Origin: Candidatus Brocadiia bacterium
Lineage (GTDB): Bacteria > Planctomycetota > Brocadiia > SM23-32
Reading direction: 5' to 3'
Assembly (NCBI GenBank): GCA_046538485.1
Contig: JBKHIT010000057.1
Span: 1 to 33,683, forward strand
Length of the DNA: 33,683 nucleotides
Below the pieces are notes generated by a model that searched no databases, was not told the origin of the DNA, and saw nothing but the letters and a program-made list of their open reading frames with translations. This document shows, piece after piece, positions 16,647-23,657 of this stretch (positions are counted from its first letter, which is position 1; each line of letters starts with the position of its first letter). The translations under genes were made by a program, and so were the position numbers.

Positions 16647-17513
16647 AAGGAATTTGCGCTGTGGGTCATTTTCCCGTTTGACAACGCTGGACTGACTTGT
16701 GATTGCCGGCGACTCCCGAACAGAGCCGGGCGCAAATTCCTTAATTTTCCTTCGGAAAGGACTCAGCACCATTGGCCAGCGAAACTCCGCCGTTTTCTTA
16801 CACACCTCTCCCGCGAGAATGCACAATGGCGGCTCTTTTGCGCGGCGTTGTTCCCGCCTCGCTACGCTGCCCCTATCAGGCTCCGTAATGTTGGGCCCCT
16901 CTTGTCCTCCTCGCCGGCACCCTCGCTCCGGCTTTCCCGCACTCGTCCCAGTGCCATCGCAAGCATCACTATCAGCGCCAGACTGCAGCGGCTTCGCATC
17001 TTTTTTAGGCCTCGGATATAGTGATTCTCGAATCCAAAGGATACATCCACCCGACTGTTCACTCGCTCCACCGAAGTGCGTTTGTTGTAAAGTCGCTCGA
17101 ATTTTAGGCTCGTGCGAGCTACGGGCAAAAACGTGCGCCGGTCCCGCTCCCGCTCCACCCGCACCACGCGCCCGTACTGGCTGCAGCCACTGCACCGCTC
17201 GTAGCTTGCGCACTCCAAACCGTAAACGGCCGCCAGGTGCCGGCCGATTCCCTGCAAAACAGTCCTCGATCTGGTATACTGGCCATTATGCGCTCCTTCC
17301 TTTCTGTGATAAGTGTAACTCTTGTGCGAGACGTATTTTACCACAGTCGGATGGGACGCACACTTTCATTTGGGGGGTCTGGGGTAAAAATCGGCGCGCT
17401 GCGGTCCAACACTGCGCTCAGCGCCGCTGAGAGCACGTTTTTGGGGTAAAGAGTTTTTCTGCCTCCCGTTAAACCCCCGCTGCCAAAAGACTTCCAATCA
17501 GCGCAAATGGCTC
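16647..17513 (-). mobile_element. Internally deleted, non-autonomous insertion sequence (IS4-superfamily DDE, IS5/IS1182-like)
   Basis: Imperfect terminal inverted repeats AAGGAATTTGCGCTG (16647-16661) and CAGCGCAAATGGCTC (17499-17513), 12/15 match; flanked by the direct repeat AATTAAA at 16640-16646 and 17514-17520; contains transposase remnants. Confidence 0.8.
16862..17286 (-). pseudogene. Transposase remnant (extreme N-terminus joined out of frame to the C-terminus)
   Basis: AAGGAG RBS and ATG 17286 give MASIPDRGLF; a different frame gives RTFLPVARTSLKFERLYNKRTSVERVNSRVD..FGFENHYIRGLKKM containing the Y-x2-R-x3-E motif; the DD part of the catalytic core is missing. Confidence 0.8.
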
Positions 17514-17566
17514 AATTAAATGCCCTGTCCCAAAAGGTTTCTGACTTTGCAAAAAATCATCCCGCA

Positions 17567-19822
17567 TTAATTATCTTCGTGCCAGCGCATCGTCGAAGGA
17601 TCGAACTTATAGGCCTTGTCTTTGCCCTTCTGCGGCTCAAGCACGACTCTTACTGTTCCGTTTTTTGAAGTCGAGACTGTTTTGGCGGGCATTTCGAGAT
17701 TTTCGACATCCGGTGCATAGCGGTTCCAGGACTCCATTTTGCGGTCCCACGCAATGACACCGTGATTTGTGGCAGCCCATACCTTCCGCGGTCCAAACGC
17801 CACGTTGTTCACAGCAAGATTGTCGAATCCGAAAAGACCCGGAAATCTCTTTACAGTGCGTTCACGTGCGTTTGCCAACACCATAGCACCTTCGTCTATA
17901 CACCAGCTCAAGTGGTGGGCGTAAGGATCCTGCTTTTTCCATTCGGCGCTGTTCAAGGCTTTCACCTTTTTTACGAAATCAGCTTTGGAATTCACCGGGT
18001 TCGTTAAACTCCGCCGCCGTTGCGCTCTTTCAAATTTTAGCGCAAGTTTCGGATGTTTTTCATCCCCTTCCACTTTCCATTCCTTAAACCCCCCATGCCA
18101 TCCCCTGCGATAACCCCGGACCCACCCCGTAACTTTATACGTCGCCCCTGGAACCATCCCTTTCACCTCATACACTCCCTTTCTTTTTTTTACCAGCATA
18201 CGAGAATTCAAGCGTAATCGTTGCCGTCCCCCCTCAGCGCTCATGACCCCGTAAATACGCCCATCCACAGGCTCCTCCTCCATATTTGTCATTACGATCT
18301 TTCCGCTTTTCGCAGGTAGCAGTTTCCCGACCTCCATTTTTCCGTCTTGCGCCGGCAAAACTGTATCGAAAATTCCCGCCGCGTTTTTCTCGGGGTTAAA
18401 AACATATGCCAGAACCCGTGTGCCAGGAGTTAGCTCGGGAACTATAACAGCGCCCCGGCTATCGGTCTGGCCAGCGAAATGTCGTCTCCTATCCTCAATC
18501 TCCAACATAACGTCAGCCCCGACCGCAGGGTCTCCACTCGGCAACTGAAAAGCCATCTCATCCGTTATCTCCTTTTCCAGCTCAAGTTCGATGACGAATT
18601 CGTCTGCGATTTTGCTGAAATCCACCGTCTCCGTAAATTGGTCTTTCAACTGGTATCCAGGCGGAGGATGAAGAACACTCACTCGCGTTTGCTCGCCTCT
18701 TTTGGGGAGCCGGAAAAAACAGCGTCCGCCTTTATCCGTCACTCGTCGCACAAATATCATACGTGTTGATTTCTCTTGACCTTCCAAAAAGACCCCGACC
18801 CTGGCTCCCACACCAACGAGCACATTCCCGACGGGCTGACTGGTTCTTGTGTTGACAACTTTTAGTTTCACCAATCGCCCGGCGTCCATATTCATATTTA
18901 TTGTCTCATTTGCGTCGCCATTTTCCTTGCTCCTTCGATTAAACTTGATTATTGCAGGCACGACTTTGGGGATGCGCGAGGAATCCCTCAACGCCGACAT
19001 CACCAGCCGCGTGGCGCCAAAATGCAGTTCCCCTTTTTCGTCACTCACGTGCCATCCCCGTCGCCAGCCGCCGAGATTACTCAACACCAATCGCTCCACC
19101 GGTTTACCCTCGCACCTCGCAACGATATCAACCGAATGTCCCTTAAAAGCGCGCATTTTTACCGTCACGTGCCCGTCACCTTCCCGTCCTCCCGATGCCG
19201 GCCAGGCCAAAAGTCCTTTTTTCTCGCCGATCACGCGCAGTGCTCCCGGGGGAACATTATTGATAACACATCGGCCATCCTGCCCCGTGGTGGCTTCGTA
19301 AAGCAATTCCAGCGGCGGGCATCTTCTTAGACTCTGCAACAACCTGCCACGGGGAACCCAGTCTTCCACTCCGACGGGTCGCACTTTAACACCACCAACA
19401 GGTTCCTCATTCTTCCACGAGAGGACCATGCAGGTGAGCTTTCGCCCTTTATCAAGTTCCAGTCGTAAATTGTCACGCCTGCTCGGCATGATTTCAGTGA
19501 ACGAACAGCTGTAACCCGGTTTTGTAGCAACGACCACATGGCGCAGAACTGGAACTTTTCCCATCAAAATCGATGGACGCTCGGTGGCCTCCCATTGAAG
19601 CTTGAACTCGCCATCGTCGGCGCAGTATGTTTCCCCCATCTTCCGGGTGCCAAAACCCGTATCATCGTGGATATAATAAACGCTGACTTCCGCTTTTGCT
19701 GCGGGTTTGCCGTCCGGCAAGAATACTCTTCCCTTTGCTCCTTTCTGTTTGGCCTGCACGGGAATTAAACCCATCAGCAGTATCATGTAGATCAGCAATC
19801 GCAAGCGTCCTGGAAACCCCAT
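17567..19822 (-). CDS. Large exported protein with repeated carboxypeptidase-regulatory-like (prealbumin-type beta-sandwich) domains
   Basis: AGGAGG RBS and ATG 19822; signal peptide ending VQA; recurring GRV..PDGKP, EPVGGVKV, TGQDGRC, TDKGGRC, TDSRG motifs. Confidence 0.75.
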   Translation of the reverse strand: MGFPGRLRLLIYMILLMGLIPVQAKQKGAKGRVFLPDGKPAAKAEVSVYYIHDDTGFGTRKMGETYCADDGEFKLQWEATERPSILMGKVPVLRHVVVATKPGYSCSFTEIMPSRRDNLRLELDKGRKLTCMVLSWKNEEPVGGVKVRPVGVEDWVPRGRLLQSLRRCPPLELLYEATTGQDGRCVINNVPPGALRVIGEKKGLLAWPASGGREGDGHVTVKMRAFKGHSVDIVARCEGKPVERLVLSNLGGWRRGWHVSDEKGELHFGATRLVMSALRDSSRIPKVVPAIIKFNRRSKENGDANETINMNMDAGRLVKLKVVNTRTSQPVGNVLVGVGARVGVFLEGQEKSTRMIFVRRVTDKGGRCFFRLPKRGEQTRVSVLHPPPGYQLKDQFTETVDFSKIADEFVIELELEKEITDEMAFQLPSGDPAVGADVMLEIEDRRRHFAGQTDSRGAVIVPELTPGTRVLAYVFNPEKNAAGIFDTVLPAQDGKMEVGKLLPAKSGKIVMTNMEEEPVDGRIYGVMSAEGGRQRLRLNSRMLVKKRKGVYEVKGMVPGATYKVTGWVRGYRRGWHGGFKEWKVEGDEKHPKLALKFERAQRRRSLTNPVNSKADFVKKVKALNSAEWKKQDPYAHHLSWCIDEGAMVLANARERTVKRFPGLFGFDNLAVNNVAFGPRKVWAATNHGVIAWDRKMESWNRYAPDVENLEMPAKTVSTSKNGTVRVVLEPQKGKDKAYKFDPSTMRWHEDN

Positions 19823-19866
19823 TTTGATCCTCCTGTACTTTATTTTAGTCCAGAATGCCTTCAGAG

Positions 19867-20928
19867 TTACATCCACTTTTTCTTCTTGAAATACATTACC
19901 ATTAATCCTGCCATTAAAGCCATCAGAATCAGCACGGCAGGATACCCATATGACCAATCCAATTCGGGCATGTTTTTAAAATTCATACCGTAGACTCCAG
20001 CGACGAAAGTGAGGGGGATAAAAACCGTGGCAATGATCGTCAAGACTTTCATAACTTCGTTCATCCGATTGCTTACGGTCGTCATGTAAAGATCCATCAG
20101 CCCGGAAATCATGTCCCGAAAGCTTTCGACGGTTTCGATCAACTGCACACAGTGGTCGTAGACATCGCGGAAATAAACTCTGGTGGATTCGCTGATCAGT
20201 TCACACTCGTTCCGATCCAGACTGTTGAGAGCTTCCCGCAATGGCCATATGGACTTCCGTAGCACGATCAGGTCGCGCTTGTGAGATTGTATACGCTGCA
20301 ATATTCTCGGATTCGCGTCTTCGATGACCTCTTCTTCCATTTCCTCAATTCGATGGGCTTTCCGCTCAAGAACCAAGAAATATCCGTCGACAATTCGATC
20401 GATCAAGGCATACAAAAGATAATCGCTTCCCGCGGCTCGAATTCGGCCCTTCTGCTGGCGTATCCTTTCCCGCACCGGATCGAAAACGTCCCCTTTTTCT
20501 TCCTCGAAAGAAATCACCGTCTGTCCGGTCAGAATGAAACTCACCTGTTTTACCTGGAGTTCATCGTCGTGCTGTTTGTGCCAGAGCATGTTCAGCCGTA
20601 CGTAAAGATAATCTTCGTAATCTTCGCTCTTAGGCCGCTCCCCCGTGCTGATAATATCCTCCTGTACAAGAGGATGTATGCCAAAGACCTCGCTCAGTTC
20701 AGCCACCTGGGCGGGATCGGCGACACTGTCGATATTGATCCATGTAATCGACTCACTATCCTTGTATTGGGCACAGTCAGACGACGATCCGGCTTCCTTT
20801 TCCTCGAATTTTTCTGCCGTGTAATCAAGAACAGAAACTAGCCCGGGGGTCCCGCGTACAGAACGCGCTTGCTCTCCTATACCCGGTGGCTCTCCTGGAG
20901 ACTCAATCTGTCGGCGAGGCAACCGCAT
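19867..20928 (-). CDS. corA: Magnesium/cobalt transporter CorA
   Basis: WINI, FGIHPLVQEDI, RPK.E.Y, NRMNEVMKVLT, FIPLTFVAGVYGMNF..MPEL (GMN motif), two C-terminal TM helices. Confidence 0.96.
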   Translation of the reverse strand: MRLPRRQIESPGEPPGIGEQARSVRGTPGLVSVLDYTAEKFEEKEAGSSSDCAQYKDSESITWINIDSVADPAQVAELSEVFGIHPLVQEDIISTGERPKSEDYEDYLYVRLNMLWHKQHDDELQVKQVSFILTGQTVISFEEEKGDVFDPVRERIRQQKGRIRAAGSDYLLYALIDRIVDGYFLVLERKAHRIEEMEEEVIEDANPRILQRIQSHKRDLIVLRKSIWPLREALNSLDRNECELISESTRVYFRDVYDHCVQLIETVESFRDMISGLMDLYMTTVSNRMNEVMKVLTIIATVFIPLTFVAGVYGMNFKNMPELDWSYGYPAVLILMALMAGLMVMYFKKKKWM

Positions 20929-20968
20929 TTACACCTCTCCCATGTGCTTTTTGTCCTGAACTTCTTCC

Positions 20969-20997
20969 ATAATCGCAGCTACTATGCAGACTGTCAA
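20969..20997 (-). promoter_or_regulatory. Putative sigma70 promoter of corA
   Basis: Minus strand TTGACA, 17-nt spacer ending in TGC, GATTAT. Confidence 0.4.
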
Positions 20998-21092
20998 CTT
21001 TACGCACCCGACAAAAAGTCTTTTTCAGATTGAAGATGAGCTCAATACCCTCTATTATTCCCAATCCTTTGCCATTCATTTGGAGGCGCAAA

Positions 21093-21761
21093 ATGACCGG
21101 CAATGACGTGGAAACATTAGCAACCGAAGCCGTAATCTTCGATCTTGACGGTGTTCTGGTCTCGACCGATGAATTTCACTACCAGAGCTGGCAACGCCTT
21201 GCCGACGAAGAAGGTATAGCCTTTGACCGCGAGTTCAACGAACGTTTCAGAGGGGTAAGTCGAATGCAGTGCCTGGCCATGCTTCTTGAAAACACCGACA
21301 AGAATTATGACGAAGAGGAAAAACAGGAACTCGCGGACCGCAAAAATGGCTATTATCGGGCGATGATTCAAGACATAACATCTGAAGATATGCTTCCTGG
21401 AGCGGCTGGAACACTCGACGGACTGGATCGCAGGAACATTAAAATTGCAGTCGCATCCGGATCAAAAAACGCTCCGTTTATCGTCGAACGCATCGATATT
21501 TCCGACAAAATACAGGCCCTTGTCTCTGGACTTGATATCACCCGCAGCAAACCCGACCCTCAGGTTTTTCTTATGGCCGCCGAGCGTCTGAGTATCGCCC
21601 CCGAAAAATGTGTCGTTGTGGAAGACGCCAGGACGGGAGTCGAGGCCGCCCGCAATGCCGGCATGCGTGTGCTTGGCATTGCTTCTGAGCCCTTTGAAAA
21701 AGCCGATCGCACTGTCGAATCGCTGGCTAAAATTTCCGTCGAGCAATTGCTGTCACTTTGA
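21093..21761 (+). CDS. pgmB: Beta-phosphoglucomutase (HAD superfamily)
   Basis: IFDLDGV, H..SW, FNERFRGVSR, LADRKN.YY, VASGSKNA, KPDPQVF, VEDA; GGAGG RBS before ATG 21093. Confidence 0.88.
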   Translation: MTGNDVETLATEAVIFDLDGVLVSTDEFHYQSWQRLADEEGIAFDREFNERFRGVSRMQCLAMLLENTDKNYDEEEKQELADRKNGYYRAMIQDITSEDMLPGAAGTLDGLDRRNIKIAVASGSKNAPFIVERIDISDKIQALVSGLDITRSKPDPQVFLMAAERLSIAPEKCVVVEDARTGVEAARNAGMRVLGIASEPFEKADRTVESLAKISVEQLLSL

Positions 21762-21765
21762 GGGA

Positions 21766-23016
21766 TCAGGCCTTTCGCTCTTTCTCGATCTTTTCCTGAT
21801 ATCCGCTCGTGTCGTATCCCACGACAGGGTCAAGCGGAAGACCTTTCTCCATCCGGCCCATACGCACGATCGGACGGACATCCGTGAGAAAAGCATCGAG
21901 AAAGACGCGATTTGAACCGATGATATCTTGTTCCATCCTCGCCGATTTCAACTCTTCCGGGTCCAGAAGCAACGATTTGGCGTAGGAAATCTGCAGGGAG
22001 TCGATGGTGTGGAGGACAGCTCTGATACGATTTTCCAACGAAGAACATTGATCGACCATATAGGCCCAATTGGCGTCAGGATCCTCATTCGTGACAACAT
22101 CGGCTTTCGCCAACTCGCAGAAAATTTCATACATCTTGACGTTCGGCTCAACAGCATGGTCGTCGTCTGCTGCATATCTGCTGTTGAAGTGGAAACCGGC
22201 TTTGACACCCATTCCGAGCAACCGAGACACAATCTGGGCCACATTCACGCCCCAGGCATGATGGCCCATATCGACAAGGACTCCGGCCTTCTCGCCCAAC
22301 CAGGCGGCAATATCACCGGCCACGCCGGCGTCAGATACAACTGTGGAGTATGTGCCGGGCTCAAACAACTTATACTCAATCAAGTGTTCAACGTTATCCG
22401 GAGCTTCATCGTACACTTCCCTGAGACCCGCCCGGACCAGATCCTCCTGATGCCATAGATCTCGCTGCCCCGGATATTGAGATCCGTCGGGCAACCAGTA
22501 TGTCACGAGGCCCTGTGCATATTTGTCGGCGATCTCACAGCTCACGTGGCAGTGGTCTATCAATAACCGGCGCACATCATCCAGCGGAGAACTCAAGCTA
22601 CCATGGTGGGTTCCCTCGAGAAAGAGTGTGGGATTCACAGCGCCAATATCGATACCCTGCTCGCGGGCATATTGTTGCAAACCAACAAAATGCTCAGGCT
22701 TGATCTCGCCAAACGGCACATCTTCCGGTTTATCCCAACCGACATGAATGGCCACACGCGGAGCCGCACCGGTCAACTCGTGCACAAAAGCCGCATCGCG
22801 TATTTTCGCCTGGCTGTCCGGTGCCGGAGCCGGTGGCATATAATCTCCGAAGCGTCCGCCGCCGAATTCCCCGAAAAGCCACGAAGGCACTTCCACCTGA
22901 AAACGTTTTACTTTTTCTTTGATATCCTCAACAGTCACATTTCGTTCGGACAGATCTTCGCCCAGTCGCTCATAATTCTTCTTGACCGTTTCTTCACTCA
23001 ATTTTCTCAAACTCAT
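21766..23016 (-). CDS. L-rhamnose isomerase-like sugar isomerase (RhaI type, xylose isomerase-like barrel)
   Basis: EVPSW...GGGRF, AIH.GWD, WLPDG.QYPGQ, EYKLFEP, DMGHH, HFNSRYAADDD, MVDQ. Confidence 0.85.
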   Translation of the reverse strand: MSLRKLSEETVKKNYERLGEDLSERNVTVEDIKEKVKRFQVEVPSWLFGEFGGGRFGDYMPPAPAPDSQAKIRDAAFVHELTGAAPRVAIHVGWDKPEDVPFGEIKPEHFVGLQQYAREQGIDIGAVNPTLFLEGTHHGSLSSPLDDVRRLLIDHCHVSCEIADKYAQGLVTYWLPDGSQYPGQRDLWHQEDLVRAGLREVYDEAPDNVEHLIEYKLFEPGTYSTVVSDAGVAGDIAAWLGEKAGVLVDMGHHAWGVNVAQIVSRLLGMGVKAGFHFNSRYAADDDHAVEPNVKMYEIFCELAKADVVTNEDPDANWAYMVDQCSSLENRIRAVLHTIDSLQISYAKSLLLDPEELKSARMEQDIIGSNRVFLDAFLTDVRPIVRMGRMEKGLPLDPVVGYDTSGYQEKIEKERKA

Positions 23017-23054
23017 GCTCCTTTCTTTCTCCTCTTCAGCGCTATAGCTCCGTC

Positions 23055-23083
23055 AGGATAGGCGCAAGAACCCGAAACGTCAA
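23055..23083 (-). promoter_or_regulatory. Putative sigma70 promoter of the rhamnose isomerase gene
   Basis: Minus strand TTGACG, 17-nt spacer, TATCCT. Confidence 0.55.
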
Positions 23084-23351
23084 GATGTTTTTTCATCTGT
23101 AAAAACCTGGCAAAAGCACCCGGATCGCTCGCGGCAAACGGAGCTGCATGCACCTCAAACACTGCCAATATAGCCTCGCAGATTTCGCATAATGCACTTT
23201 TTCCCGAGCATTCCTAAAGAATTTTTTGAGATTTTTCTGAAGCAACAATATTTGAAAACACCGTTTGATACCCGAAAACGACCTCTAAAAGCCCCTTTTC
23301 GGCGGGAACTCTGTTTTTGTCATAAAAAAGTAAAAAAATTCAAACAAATTC

Positions 23352-23380
23352 TTGACACTCGGTTTGTAGTAAGGTAGTGT
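23352..23380 (+). promoter_or_regulatory. Putative sigma70 promoter of the ABC exporter operon
   Basis: TTGACA, 17-nt spacer, TAGTGT, preceded by an A-tract-rich UP-element-like stretch (23323-23350). Confidence 0.55.
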
Positions 23381-23657
23381 GTACCGAAGATCGATGGTGG
23401 AAGAAATAATGTTTGGATTTCCGTTCGATTTTCAGAACGGACTGACAACCCACAGAAGGGAAACATGACGGTGGCCACGCAGTCCAGTGCGCGCCAGCTG
23501 TGCGTCACCTGAAATGGACACCACCTAATCCCTCCAGGACGATCGACCTGCGGTTTTCTATCGCAGCACTCCGCCGAAATTACCTAACCGGCTCGGGGTA
23601 TCTGTCTGTATTCTCTCGCAGCGAAACTACGCCACTGGGGTTTTTTCTCTTTTTACA

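Noticed and set aside
16638..17430. ORFs 16699-17430 (+) and 16638-17213 (-) inside the IS remnant
   Set aside because: Alternative-frame products of GC-rich transposase sequence, with no domain features
17522..17560. CTGTCCCAAAAG / GACTTTGCAAAAAA resembling ends of other IS elements
   Set aside because: No matching partner repeat or target duplication found in the window
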